Shown here: piece after piece, positions 27,091-41,416 of the stretch
Position numbering within the stretch: the first letter of the stretch is position 1
Layout: each line of letters starts with the position of its first letter
The notes under the pieces: generated by a model
The model's input: only the letters and a program-made list of their open reading frames with translations
Database searches by the model: none
Told to the model about the DNA's origin: nothing
Translations under genes and position numbers: made by a program
Source: the human T2T-CHM13v2.0 reference genome, Homo sapiens
Assembly: GCF_009914755.1 (NCBI RefSeq)
Contig: NC_060929.1
Length of the DNA: 64,000 nucleotides
Direction: 5' to 3' (one strand)

Positions 27091-29146
27091 CTTTGTGGTT
27101 TTATCTACCTTTGGTCTTTGATGATGGTGATGTACAGATGGGGTTTTGGTGTGGATGTCCTTTCTGTTTGTTAGTTTTCCTTCTAACAGTCAGGACCCTC
27201 AGCTGCAGGTCTGTTGGAGTTTGCTGGAGGTCCACTCCAGACCCTGTTTGTCTGGGTATTACCAGCAGAGGCTGCAGAACAGCAAATATTGCAGAACAGC
27301 AGATGTTACTGCCTGATCCTTCCTCTGGAAGCTTCGTCTCAGAGGTGCACCTGGCTGTATGAGGTGTCAGTCAGCCCCTACTGGGAGGTGTCTCACAGTT
27401 AGTCTATACAGGGGTCAGGGACCCACTTGAGGAGGCAGTCTTTCCATTCTTAGATCTCAAATTCCATGCTGGGAGAACCACTGCTCTCTTTAAAGCTGTC
27501 AGGGACGTTTAAGTCTGCAGAAGTTTCTGCTGCCTTTTGTTCAGCTATGCCCTGCCGCCAGAGGTGGAGTCTACAGACTTAGGCAGGCCTCCTTGAGCTG
27601 TGGTGGGCTCCACCCAGTTCGAGCTTCCTGGCTGCTTTCTTTACCTACTCAAGCCTCAGCAATGGCGGACGCCCCTCCCCCAGCCTCGCTGCTGCCTTGC
27701 AGTTCGATCTCAGACTGTTGTGCTAGCAGTGAGTGAGGCTCCATGGGTGTGGGACTCTCCAAGCCAGGCACGGGATATAATCTCCTGGTGTGCCGTTTGC
27801 TAACACCATTGGAAAAGTGCAGAATTAGGGTGGGAGTACCCTGAATTTCCAGGTACCATCTGTCATGGCTTCCCTTGGCTAGGAAAGGGAATTCTCCAAC
27901 CCCTTGTGCTTCCCAGGTGAGGTGATGCCCCACCCTGCTTCGGCTCATGCTCCGTGGGCTGGGCCCACTGTCCGACAAGCCCCAGTGAGATGAACCCAGT
28001 ACCTCAGTTAGAAATGCAGAAATCAACTGTCTTCTGTGTTGCTCACTCTGGGAGCTGTGGACTGGAGCTGTTCCTATTTGGCCATCTTGGAACCTCCAAT
28101 TTAGGATTATTCTATTTGAAAAGCTTCATTTTATGATCTATGTGTATCACATCAATCATGTTGTTAGCTCCAAATGGGCACAATAAAATTTATTTGAAAA
28201 AAGGGAAAAACTGCATAGCCATCTGCAGTGCCTAGAATGGCAGCATGAAATCAGACCTCAGTGCATCAATATTAGATGGTACATGAATCTACATGCAGCC
28301 TAACATATGTTTGCACTGCCCTCCCCTCTTTTGCAAATATTATCTATGTCTTCAAACAAGAGATGCCCATCTCCTCCCAGGAATAGTAAGATTTTGGTTT
28401 TTAATCATTGTTTTCCAAGTAAAGCCAAGGCACACCTGAACAGGTGTTCTCTCCATGAATTACTTAATTAAAACAGCTCCCTGAAGCCCTTTGTAATAGC
28501 AGAGGAAGAAAGTGAAGCACAGAGATTTAATCTGAAGTAATTCCTTTATTAAAATTGGAGGAAATACAATCTGGCCTACACATAGGACTGCATAAAAATC
28601 CATTAGTGAAGAATGGTGCCCTTTAATAGAGCAGTGTTTCCAGAGTGTGATATGAAGACCACCTACCTTAGAAAAGTTTTGGAACTTGTGAAAAATTTAG
28701 GTTCATGGCATGACCCCGGATGTAATGAACTCTGTGAAGGTGAAGCCTGGGGGTTGCATTTTAACACCCATCTCAGAACATTTCTATGTACCAATACAGG
28801 GCTTAGGGATATTCTGGGAAAGTCTGAATGTGATATTGTCTTGTTAAAACTCTGCGTGTCAGAACATAATGTCTCTACAACTAAATTGTTAGGTCCGTGA
28901 AGATAAGGATCAAGCGAATTTGATCTGGTGTCCCCAGGGCCCAGCACAATCCTTGTCACATAGGTTTCCAGTAATTAGTTAAAATAATTAGTGAATGAAT
29001 CAGGTACCATATGGCCAACTCAATTTTCAGTGCACAGGGTCCCCTCTAAACCTGATAATGTCTTGGTAAAAAGTGAGAGGTCATGGTTCCTTAAGAAGGA
29101 GAAATTGGGTCATTGGAATATTTGAGATACATAGGAACTCTGCAAG

Positions 29147-29453
<307 letters not shown>

Positions 29454-30199
29454 ATCCTCTTTCATTTATAAGGAGGAGTTCCTCAATTATTCTTAGAAGT
29501 GTTCAAATGGTGGGGGTGAACATCTTGGTTAGAAAGAAAAGGTTGGGATCTGGAGTTAAATCTGATTCTCAATCTCTTCCTTTGTTGGTGCTGGTGAAAA
29601 AGGGTTCTTAGAAGTTACCTGGTCCACATCCTGTGATCCTTCTCATCCCTGCTGTGATGCCTAGCCAACTTCAGGGTAAGGGAGTGTTTTATTTAGATCC
29701 CTGATTCCTCTTTCAGGTCTGTGATCTAGCCATTCTCTTCTTCATGTTTTCAGTGGAAACAGAGGCAGAGGACCTACTCTTTGAGTAAAATTATATCTGA
29801 GCAGACTCTGTTTTCATTTCTGCCCCCTGACTCATTCTAATTCGATGCCCTTTTGTACCTCAAATTTTGGAAATGAAGGAGTACTCTTAGAAATGTAATA
29901 GATGACAACATTCTCAAAACTGAAGTTAAATATATGAAAAATTAACTTCTAATTCAAAAGAGAATAATGTGCTTTTAGAGAGTAATGAGCTAATAGGCAA
30001 TGCTGAGGCTCTGAAAGATTTAGCATGGGTATACTGCAACTGAAGACAGTCTCTGGCTTGTTCTCCAGAAATGTGCAGCCCATCCATTGCTTTCTTGGGC
30101 ACTTCTTAGTAGATGCCAAAATAGTATTTATTCATACCAAGTATTTGCTCTGCACCGGGAAATGTTATAGGTGCTGGGTATTGGTCTTGATGTCCTCAA

Positions 30200-30390
30200 G
30201 ATACCCAAAATATGTGGCCTGAGGACTGAAAGCATCTCTACTACCTAGGAGCTTGTTAGAAATACAAACTTTCTAGCCCCATTCCATATTTATTTCAGCA
30301 GATACTCTGGGGGCTGGGCCCATCAATCTTTATTTTAACAAGCCTTGCAGGTGAGCATGGTTTATGTCCAAGGTTGAAAAGCACTGGTTT
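30200..30390. mobile_element. MER5A MITE
   Basis: cctaggagcttgttagaaatacaaa..ttttaacaagcc..ttgaaaagcactgg. Confidence 0.7.
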
Positions 30391-31249
30391 AAAAGAACCT
30401 TTGTAGAAGAAGTATCTGCTCCTTAAAAGTAGTAACCTATTGCCTTTTTGTCTCCAATTCAAATGGGATGTTCTTTGGCATGTATGTTATTATAATCATG
30501 CATCTTTTAAGATTAAAGTATATTAAATCCCAGGCATGGTTTTGAAAAAAGCAAACAGCTGGAAGCCTATTAGATCCACAACATGCATTATATCATTTAA
30601 CCCAACAAGCTGGAATGTTATCCTCATTTTACAGTAGAGGAGAGTGAGGCTCATAGAATATAAAAACCTAATGTGAGATAATACAGCTGATAAGGGGCAG
30701 ACCTGAGGTTTAATTCAAGATCTCGGAGGCATTAATGCCTGCATTCTTCCCCATTCTTCTGCAGATTCTTCAGGTCCTGAATTATGTTTTACTGGGCTGC
30801 ACGAGGCCTTTTCTGAGTGAGTTTTAAGGGGGAAACTACATTGTTTTCACATCTTCTTGTATCATTAATAGCATCATCTTTGGACCCACAGAACCTTGAG
30901 ACTTGAGCAGTTTCCTGAATATACCATACAGAGCTGGCTTGGAAAGACTCACTGGAACTTACAGGCTGAGAGAAGCCTGATTATCGTGGGATCGTCCCTC
31001 CTAACAGCTACCAAGCAGTTCCTAAAAACCATGTGTTTTCTTTATTCTGTTTCAATAGCCAAAATAAGTCATATTTCATGGGCTGGAGGAAACCAGAGTA
31101 AGCCCGGTGAAAGGATATTCATTGGGAATAAGTGAAAATTTGTGCTGAAGGCAGATCTGTGCTTTCTTCGAAATCAGAGTTATGGGGAGGAACTCATGCT
31201 CAGTTGGCCTTGAGCAAAGTAGGCAACATCACTTATTTATTTATTCATT

Positions 31250-31585
31250 CACCCTCTATGTCCATTTTGAATCCACAGTCACATGAATCCAAACACACAA
31301 CAGGCAATTTGAACATAGCAAGACTAGTGCTGTGACAAGCAAAGGCAAGATGCTGTGAAAACTCAAGGGGGCAATCTGCCAAGGCCTGGGAGCTGAGAAA
31401 AACTTTCTGAATGAAGCATGTGGTATCTAGGCTGGTACCTGAGGTTGTTAAAGGCACCGCCAGCTGGAGAGTGGGCAAGGAGAGACCTGTGGGAAGAGAG
31501 GAGGGGTTTCTCAGCAGAAGGAGCAGCATGTAGAGAATAGATTGCAGAGAGCCAGGTGATCCAGGCCTTGTAACTCTGCCCCACC
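31250..31585 (-). mobile_element. L2 fragment
   Basis: gcctgggagctgagaaaaactttctgaatgaag and tagattgcagagagccagg..tccaggccttgtaa. Confidence 0.5.
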
Positions 31586-31759
31586 TCCCTCTGCTTTTGC
31601 GGGAATTCAAACCAAGATGGAGATGGAATATGAACTTTAGTTCAAGCATTCAAATCTTGGCTTTCTTATTATTTTTGTTTATCACCATCATCATTATTGT
31701 CACTTTACTATTTTATTATTAATATTGCTAATAGGATTGCTGGCTATATTAATATAACT

Positions 31760-31990
31760 GTGTACTCAGAATAAGAAAGGAGAGTCCTATTTCTCTCTTC
31801 TCGGATTAGATACATCTGGGGTTCACTTCTGATGGTCCCACTTAAGGAGTATAAACTGCAGTGTTTCCAGAGATAGAAAATGGAAAACATCCCATGTGAG
31901 GAATATCTAAAAGAACTATTCTTCTTCCTTTAGGAGAGACAGAAGAGATGCCTTTCAATTGTTAAATGCTGTTATGGAGAGAGGGCTTTC
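31760..31990 (+). mobile_element. Possible L3/CR1 fragment
   Basis: gttcacttctg..cacttaagga..ataaactgcagtgtttccagag..ggaaaacat.ccatgtgaggaat resembles the CR1 3' region. Confidence 0.45.
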
Positions 31991-34900
31991 CTGACATTTA
32001 ACTGAAGGCTGTCTCATATGAAACTCTCATAACACTCTTTAAACCATAAGCTTCCTTGGGGCAAGGACCAAGTTGTCCTACTTCTGCTTCCTAGTGCCTA
32101 GCACAGTGCCAGGTACACAATAAGTGCTCTATAAATATTTATTGAATGAATAACTGAGACAGAGTACCATATTAAGTACAATCTCTGCTAGGTTTTTCCA
32201 AGCTTTGTATTATTCCCACCAATTCTGAATGCCAGAGTCTGTTTGCACTCCCTCTCAACCAGAAATCTGTGCCTGTTTGAAAGCTCCAAAGTACATCACA
32301 TCATTGTAGTTGGCTTCATGGTCTATCTGTAGATAAATCCTTTTAGAAAACTTCACCTGTAGATAAGATACAGCATTTAATGGTTCAGTAGATCAGCCTG
32401 GAGGGTTTATTTTTCACAATATGGTTTATGATGCATAAACCAAAATATACAATTGGAATCAATGATGAGAAAGTGACACTACATTTTTCAGATCCAAAGG
32501 CCTGGGAACTGAATGCTACACCTAATCTACTGCCAAGCACCCTGAGAATGCACAAGAGGAAAATAAATATGAATGAAAATTTTAATCATAGAGCTGACAG
32601 GTCCAAACACCCCAAGTAGTTTTCTGAACTCCTCAAGCATCAGATCATCTCTCCAAAGGGACACTGGAGACCATTTGGTCTAACAGCTTTTATATTTTAT
32701 ATGGGGCAACCTGGGCTCCCAAAAGCAAAGTGACTTCCAGTCTTCCAGATTAAAGCATCCTATAAGTGGCAGAGCAAGTGTCCTTACTCAAAGACCTGCT
32801 TTGGAGACTTTCTACTACTCTTTCTTCTTCCTCTGTGTTCAGCTAAGTATTCTTCCTCTAAAAGTCAAAGATAAGCCATAACATTAAGCAATCTTTCTTC
32901 AATTCCTCACACCTAGTAGCATGTTCTCTGCAGTCACCTCTTTTTATAGTCAGCCCATAGCAGACTTTCTTTGCCTGTTACTTCCCCTTTGGATTTTCTC
33001 TTTAGCCAAAATGGCCTATTTAAGTTGCAATGATCATTCATGTCTTGGAATTCTGGCAACCTACAGAAAAATAACAGATGCAGGAAAATCAAGTGGAGGA
33101 GGGCAACTTGAAGATCTGAGCTTTCAAAGAATAAAGAAACAGCTTCACTGACTTCTTGTTCATATTTCTAAGATTAATGTATTTAAGTACATAAAATACA
33201 AGCTCATCTCAAGCAGCTGTTCATTTATGAGGCTTTTGGCACCAGTTGCCTAGGTGTGACTTTTTGAAAATCGAATGATTGATGTTCTCTTTAATCTTGA
33301 CTTTTCATGTTTTTTGGTGTGTGGATGCTTGTTCCTAACTAGATCTTAAAGCAAGTTGCAGGCTAAGAGATTTGAAGGGCACTGGAAAACTTCCCCACTC
33401 TAGATTATCTTTCCATTGGCCTATTAAACAGTCTAGAATAGACATAGAATCTTTTCATAAAGGCATTGTGTCTCCAGGGGTCTCCTATGAAATAGTTAGG
33501 ACTAGCACACCTAAGGTACGATGAGCCATTAGCTATTGGATCATGGATTAGTTTATCAGGGAACCAATTTTTACCATGAAAATCTGAAAACATAATTTCT
33601 TACATAAATGAGAAGTAAAACAGTAAGTTTTGACACATGGACATTTGCAATATATGTCATGTCTAGAGGGAAAGAAGTAGGCAGAATGAGGAGATTTGGG
33701 TGGGAATAGTAAGTAATAAAAGAGTAGCAATGAGGGTACTTAATTAAAACATATTTCTTCCTTATTTTAAGGAAGAGGCAAGACTTGATAGAAAAAAAGT
33801 GCTAACTCTTTGAGAATCCAACTGTACTTATCTATTTTCGTTTTTTACCAGATACTTTGTGGATGCTTATTATACGCGCGCTTAGTGGGCAAGGCGAGGG
33901 AACAATACAAAGAGAGATACAATATTTGGTCTCAGTCTTGTTTGAATTCATAATACAGAAATGGGGGAAACACTTAACTAAAGGAAGCAAAATTGGGCAG
34001 AGTTAAATATGAGGGCAGGAAGAAGCATGTTAAGAATGAGGGCAGAAAGGAGAATAATTAGTAAATTCTAATAGTGTCAGCTTTCTGTTTTTGAGGCATC
34101 TCTGTGCTGCCTCTGTGATTCTACTTTCTTTTGGGTAGAAAGATATCCTTCCTTCAGAAAAAATGTAAAGTTTGAATTGAACACAAACAGATATTTGTCT
34201 CAGTTATGCTGAAAGATGTTTTTTCTTAAATGTGAAGCCATCCTCAACTCACCTTCTCTCTATACTACCCCATCAGTGACTCGCTTTAGCTGATACTCTG
34301 GAAGAAGATTTGCTATCTCCACCATTTCCTATTTCCTTAGGTGGTTGCTCTTTCATTAGATTTCATCCTTTTGGTAAGAAGGGAAATGAATGCTTTTCTG
34401 TATTAACCCCAAATGCAAATACCACAGCTAAATTTACTATAACCAGAGTTCAGAATTCAGATTTTTAACCATTTACTACTCTTTCTCCCCCAAAAAAAGC
34501 TTCAGATGGAAACATCTAATTCTAGAAGTTCTCGGCTAAATTTTAATGAATCACAACATCTTCTGAGAAAAATTTATCCATCAATTCTTGTCTCAAGCTG
34601 CTGATTTAGCTTTCTTTTATCAATTTGAGTCCTTGGCCAAATTATGCAAGTCTGGAGGTGGTGTTACGTTGCAAGGTATCTTTTATCTTAGCTCTCTGAG
34701 CTCTGGTATGTGGAAGAGATCTCATCCAGCTTCAAGGTTTTCTGGAAAAGTCTGTTTCTAAAAAAAAGTACTTGCTTATTTCAAATTAGGATAATGTAGG
34801 GCAGGACATAAATGCTGTCTCCATACATTAATCCTTAGTGGATCTCTTTTTTTCTTTCAGGTTGTCTTTTGCTCTCCCAACTCACTCTTCATTTGGGTGT

Positions 34901-35171
34901 TTGTGTGTGTGTGTTTTTTTTTTTTCCCCAAATCTATTTAAGAAATTGTCATGGGCTTTTTGGGCATTAGGCTCAGGGTTTCTAGAGTTTGGTTTACTAT
35001 CTCATAGGTAATCCCAGATCACACAGGAGATGAACACACTACTATTACATTCATTAGTGGAAAAATGTATTTCTGTTTAGGAGATCTTTAACTTGCCTCT
35101 AAGGGCAGTAGGTGAAAGGGGCTGCGCCATGAGTTAAAAGTGCTATTGTGCTTTATAAAAGATGAGGAATG

Positions 35172-35464
35172 AGCTGGGCACGGTGGCTCATGCCTGTAAT
35201 CCCAGCACTTTGAGAGGCCGAGGTGGGCGGATCATGAGGTCAGGAGTTTGAGACCAGACTGACCAACATGGTGAAACCCCGTCTCTACTAAAAACACAAA
35301 AATTAGCCAGGCATGGTGGCACATGCCTGTAATCCCAGCTACTCAGGAGGCTGAGGCAGGAGAATCGCTTGAACCCTGGAGGCGAAGTTCCAGTGAGCAG
35401 AGATCGTGCCACTGCATTCCAGCCTGGGTGACAGTGTGAGACACCGTCTCAAAAAGAAAAAAAA
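35172..35464 (+). mobile_element. AluS-family SINE, full length
   Basis: Complete dimer and A-tail; TSD AAAAGAT(G/A)AGGAATGA at ~35157-35172 and 35465-35480. Confidence 0.95.
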
Positions 35465-37319
35465 AAAAGATAAGGAATGAAGTCATATCTTACTATATTG
35501 CCACAGAAGAGCTTGCTCCTCATATTTGCTTTGCAATAAAATCTTGTGTTTTATATAAATATGATTCAATTATGGTGCTTGAATATTAACATTTTATTCC
35601 CAAATCTGCTGACAAATCACAAATCATATTAATAAATATCCATGGATCATGTTCTTTTGTTTCCTAGAAAAGTATAAAGAGTAGAGAAAACTCTATAGGG
35701 TCAGAGCTTGAGGTGTGGCAGAGGATAAGACTGAATATCTGCAGAGTTAAGCTAGCAATAAATTTGGGTTTACATTCGTAAAGCTTGGTCACAAAATAAC
35801 CTCAAGAACTTTCAGAGATAAATGATGCTGGGAAAGGATGAAACTAAACTTTCTGGCCCCAATTCAAGCACAAACAAGCTGAGGTGCTGGAGTATTGATA
35901 GCAAATGGTGCCTCAAGTAATAGCTAGAATGTTGTAAAAGGCTTTAGAATTTACCAATCATTTGCACATCTATTGTTTTTACCTGGTGCTGTGAGATGGC
36001 TGAACCATTATCCCCAATTCCAAGACAGGAGACTATTTTAAAAAATTAATGACTTACTTATATGTACAAAGCTAATAACTCAAAGAATCGGGCCTTAATC
36101 CATGTCCATTGACTTCTGGTCCAAAATCCTTTCAGGTACATCTAATCATTCAGGTTTCAGCTTAGGATATTGTTTTGTCTGGTAGACTTTTTTTCCCACC
36201 TAAGTCTATATTAGGTACATATCTCTGTGCTCCAAAAAGTACTGTATAATATACCCTATTATATATATAGCCTAGTTTGCATTGCATTGTAATGATCTAT
36301 TTCCTTGACTTTATTTTCCACTGGACTGTGATCTCCGTGAGATAAGTGCCTAGTTTACCATGGTAACACCAACACATGGGGCCTGGAACATGGTAGATGT
36401 TCTTCTGTAAGTATTTGCTGAAGTGGACCAAATCCCAACACTTATTTTGTCAAAGTTTGGAGGACAGCAAGAGGCCTGCCATTTAGACTGAGAAGATCCA
36501 AGTTTGAGTAAGATGGATGTTCTCAAAGAATGTCAAGTCTCTTGTGCTGCCATCTTGAAAAAATCTCATTATGGATGCCCCAGAGGGGATTCAAAAGTTC
36601 TTCTTAACACAGACCATAGTTCTTCTTTGGGAATTGACCCTGTTTATGTCTCAGTTAAAAGGTGTTTCTGCTCAACTGCTAATTGAAACTGGTAAATAAA
36701 TGAGGGATCCCAAAACATCTTTCAACACACAAAACCTTTCCTATTGCTCCCTCACCATTGTCCACGACCCTGAAGAAGAGGGGGTACATGTACTTGATTC
36801 ACTGGAGAAGCTGAGTCTTTTCCCCAAAACAGCCATCCTCTGCCTGGCAGATAATTGTGGTGAAGAGATTGGCAGAAATGCCAGATGATGTCTCATCATC
36901 CCCAATAGAAAAGGAACAAACATTAAGCAGAGAAAAACAATACAAATGTCCATTTAAAAGCCATAACCTGGGTGATCCAAAATTGGAAGTGGGATGCAGG
37001 ACCTCACTCCCCTTTCAAATTTGTAAATTCTACTCCATTTCTGTAAGATTTTCCAATGCAACCAGCCCAGCTAGATTTGGCTGCACTCCCAGGTACAATG
37101 CAGAGTCCATCTGTTTGATCCCTCTGTCTGGGATGGGTTTGGAAAATGAGTTGTGTGCATGGGACAATTTCCAGTTAAATGTGGATTTTCTAAAGATATT
37201 AAAAATGTGGTTATGGGTCCTGAATTTAATGAGGTCTAGGAGCTAGTGATTCCCACTGTGGGTTCTTTCCCCGAATTTTTTAGTCATACACAGCACTCCT
37301 TCACTCCCTTCTTTTTCTT

Positions 37320-37840
37320 CCTGTCTATAAATTTTCATTGAGTTCCCTCTACATGTCAGATACTGTTCTAAGAGCTCAGACTGTGGTAATGAACAAGCGA
37401 CATTATGCATCTTAAATTATAGTTGTAGGGATAATAACAAGCCAGTAAACAAACACCACAAATACAGATAGTGATACATATTATGAAAAGATAGATAAAA
37501 CCGTAATATGATTGTGACCAGGAAATAGAGGACTACTTTCTGTTGAGTGTACAGGAATAACTTATCTATGGAAGAAACATGTGAACTGAGACCTCGATAA
37601 GAAAAAAATTGCCATATTACAGTCTGGGAGAGGAAGGGAAAGGAGAGTTTTCCAGGCAGATGAATATTCTGAGATAAATGTCCCCAGTGAGCCAGATTTG
37701 TTTGTGGAATAAAAAGAAGCAAGCATCTTTGAGCAAGATGCACAATGGTGAAGTAAATAGTACAGATAGAAAGTTGAGGAGGAAACAGGATAGCAGATCA
37801 TGGAGAGATTTTGGAGGCCATGGAGAATAAGACTTCAAAG
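37320..37840 (-). mobile_element. L2 fragment, followed by MIRs to ~38350
   Basis: ttcattgagttccctctacatgtcagatactgttctaagagct and ttccaggcagatgaatatt; boundaries approximate. Confidence 0.6.
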
Positions 37841-39344
37841 TATCATCTTATTTCACCAACACAATAACTGATGATATAGGTGCTATTTATATCTCTATAT
37901 GTAGAGGGGAAAAGTGAAACTTAGACAGGTGAAATAGCATAGACACTGTCACCTTGCTGTCAAGTGGCAGAGTACAGGTTTGAAACCAGGCAGCCTGGCT
38001 GCAGAGCTTGTCCTACTAATTCCAACAGAAATCCAGACATTATCAGCAGTATCTTAGAGTCATACCCTTCCATCTTTCATACCACTCAATTGATCTATGT
38101 TCCCATCCCCAACACAGAACACTGGGTACCAGCATGGATGTAGGAGTTAGAGCCACATAAGTTCAACAGAAAAGATCAACTCTGCCTTGACTGCTGTGTA
38201 ATCTGGGAAATTCGTCTAATTTCTATGCCTTCAGTTTTCTCATCTGCAAAATGAGAGTAATAATAGTACTTTCCTCCCACTTCTTAAAGTATTGTGAGAA
38301 TAAAGTGAGATCATACCTACCCATGGTAAGTGCTCAGTGAGTTCTTAACTACTAACCAAACCAAATAAAACACCCACCACAAATACTCATTTACCACAGC
38401 CCATCTGTCCTTCCTTTGCTCTTTCTCAATGTTATCTGGGTGGCAGACCACTACTACTATCATCTAGACCTCCTGAGTCATCTGGAGATGGGATCCAGAA
38501 AGTTGCATTTTAACACACTACTCTGCTGATTCTGATGCAAACCAGAGTTTAAGTTCCCAGATGAATAGACCATAAGCCAAGAAACAGGATCTCTGTACAT
38601 CTCAGTGTCAGCCTTAGAAATTGCAACTATGTTTGCAGATACATACAGTGTTAGTGTTAAATGGGATCTTGGGTCTCTTGCATGGCATTTTGATGGTAGT
38701 ACAGCTAGAGTTTTGGTAGCTCATGAATCCTGACCTGCTATTGCATATCTTCCATGTTTCCTTGTTCTCACAATATTTCTGTCTGAATTATATCCAAGGA
38801 ATAATAGCCAAATGGTATTTCAAGTACAATGTATAATAATTCTCAGTGCACAATTATGGTAAAGCCTAGTTTGATGCACCTGTTTAGGCTCACATATTAA
38901 TACTTAATTCAAATGTTGACATCTCAGCTTGGGTCTTCAATAGGAATTTTAAATTTAATATACAAAACTAAATTCATTTTCTTTCTTCCAAATCTTCTCC
39001 TTCAATAACCAATAACCTTTCCCATTTAGGAAAAAGAATATCTATCCTTCTAGCTGCTAAAACTAAAAACTTAAAGGAATCAGTTTCTCTTCTATTTTCC
39101 TCATGACCCATATCAGCAAAATATGTTGGTTTTGTTTTTAAAACATTTCCAAGGTATGGCTTCTCAATGCCCCTGATGAACCATCATTATCTCTTGCTTA
39201 AGACTGAACCATCATCATCTCTTGCCTAAGATATTGCAAGAGCGACCTAATTGGTTTTTTTGTTTCTGCTCGTACAGTCCAAAAGTTCATTTTCAACAGA
39301 GCATCCAGATAATTCTTTGGAAACCTAAATCCAACCAGATTATC

Positions 39345-39455
39345 TTTGGTAGGCTGAACAATGGCCATAGAAATAAGTCCATGTCCTAACCCCTGGAACC
39401 TGTGAATTTTACCTTATATGGAAAAAGAGGCTTTGTAGAAAAAAGTAAGTTAAGA

Positions 39456-39503
<48 letters not shown>

Positions 39504-40187
39504 TGACAAGGTCTTGCTCTGTCACCTAGGCTGGAGTGCAGTGGCATGATCATAGCTCATTGTGGCCTCCAACTCCTGGGCTCAAGGGATCCTCCACTTG
39601 AGTTGCTGGGACTGCAGACACACACCAGCATGCCTAGTTAATTTTTTTATTTTTATTTTTTGTGGATTCAAGGTCTCTCTATGTTGCCTAGGCTAGTCTT
39701 AAACTCCTGGCCTCAAGTAAGCCTCCTGCCTTGGCCTCTCAAAGTGCTGGGATTACAGTGCTGAGCCACTGTACCCAGCCAGCAAGTTAAGAATCTTGAG
39801 ATGGGGTGATGGGCCTGGATTATCTGTGTAGATCTGATGTAATCACAAAAATGTTAATAAGAGGGATGCTGGAGGAGTCAGATGATAAAGTACTGGGATG
39901 AAGGCAGAGATTGGAGTGATGCACTTTGAAGATGGAAGCAGGGCAAAAAGCAAAGGAATATGGGTAGTCACTAAACCCTGAAGAAGGCAAGGAAACAGAT
40001 TATCTTCTCATAGCCTCTGGAAAAAAAAAAAAACAGGCTTGCTTACACCTTGATCTCAGCCCAGTGAAGCTGATTTTGGACTTCTGACTTTTAGAACTAT
40101 AACAGAGTCGATCTGTGGTATTTTAAACTGCTAACCATGTGGTAATTTATGACAAATTTGAAATAGCATCAACAGGAAACTTAGACA
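39345..40187 (+). mobile_element. MLT1D-like MaLR LTR, split by an Alu
   Basis: tggtaggctgaacaatggcc..gtccatgtcctaacccctggaacctgtgaat..cttgagatgggg..ggaaacttagaca. Confidence 0.8.
39461..39780 (-). mobile_element. AluJ SINE with a 41-nt pure T tract
   Basis: Alu dimer with J-type ctcctgggctcaag; TSD AG(T/C)AAGTTAAGAAT at 39444-39457 and 39781-39794. Confidence 0.92.
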
Positions 40188-41151
40188 ACCTGAAATGTCT
40201 TTGTTTATTCCCTCTTTCCCTGAGTAAAACCCAAAGCCATCATAGTGACCCAGAAGTCCCATGCAGTTTGCTGCCCTCTGTCTACCTGGTAACTCTGATG
40301 TCCCATCCTGTCACTCTTCTCTTGCTCACTCTGTCCAGGCAACTCAGCTTCTTTACTACTCACAGACACACAGAAATGCCTCCTCCTGTTTGCCTTTGCT
40401 CTTTTTCATATCTGGATTTTCCTTGTCCCCAAATTGTCACAAGACCAGATCCTGGCTTCTTCAGGTATGATTCGACTGTCATTTTCTCAGTGAGGGCTTT
40501 CCTCACCATACAACTTGAAATCAGAACACATCTCCCTTCCCTCCCTGAATTCCCTGGTCCACTTGCCTGTCTAATTTTGTTCCAAAGCACTTACCACCAT
40601 TTGATGAACTCTAGGTTTTACTTAGTTATTGACTAGAATTATATATATACACAAACATATGTATATGTATATATATATAGTTGGATGGATGTATACCACC
40701 TACAATGATGTCTACACATAGTGGGTGCTCAAAATATTTTTGTTAGAAGGAATTGAAAGTGAATGAGACACTAACCCATTGCCACAACCAGAGTGATTTA
40801 GCATGCAGGCAGCGTGATGGCAGGGCTCCAAGGAAAACCCTGACTCAGCTAGGTGAGTGTTTCTTGAAGTTTCAGAACAAGAGAGGCAGCTGACAAGTTC
40901 TGCCAAGGGCAAGTCCTAATTTGACTTACTGACCAAGCTGTGTGTAGTGTAGGCACGTAGAGAATAGCTGAAGAGGAATTAAGGCCTTTTAATGCAGTGG
41001 CCCTATCCATTAATATTCATAGTGCAATTAATTCTTGATCTCTGACCAATTATTCCAGCAGTTTTCCCCTCTCTCTTTTAAAGGAGACCTGGGAAGGGGA
41101 TGGATAAAAAGAGGTTAAAATGCCTTTCCCCTACACAGAGTTATGTCTGTA

Positions 41152-41416
41152 CGTTTGTTTGTTTTTAGAGTCAGAGTCTTGCTCTGTTGTCCAGGTTGTA
41201 GTGCAGTGGTGTGATCATAACTCACTGTAACCTCGAGCTCCTGGGCTCTCCAGCATAGCTAGAACTACAGGTACATGCCATCATGCTAGGCTAATTAAAA
41301 ACAAAATAATTTGGAGACAGAGTCTTGCTATGTTGCCCAGGGTGGTCTCAAATTCCTGACCTCAAGCCATCCTCCTGGATCACTTGTATTATAGGCATGA
41401 GTCACTGTGCCCAGCC
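41152..41416 (-). mobile_element. AluJ SINE with internal deletions
   Basis: gtcttgctctgttgtccagg..ctcctgggct and gtctcaaattcctgacctcaag..cactgtgcccagcc. Confidence 0.85.

Larger units (their letters stand above)
38890..40760 (+). mobile_element. L2 element interrupted by MLT1D and AluJ
   Basis: L2 motifs (aaaactaaattcatt, ccatcattatctcttgc, aaacccaaagcc, gggtgctcaaaatatttttgtt) on both sides of the LTR. Confidence 0.6.

Noticed and set aside
27662-27736. L1 ORF0 (MADAPPPASLLPCS..)
   Set aside because: The start is present but a TGA stop follows after 24 codons, before the splice donors, so there is no intact ORF0.
36700-37246. Protein-looking ORFs (..DPEEEGVHVLDSLEKL..) as a processed pseudogene
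   Set aside because: No recognisable homology, poly(A) tail or TSD.
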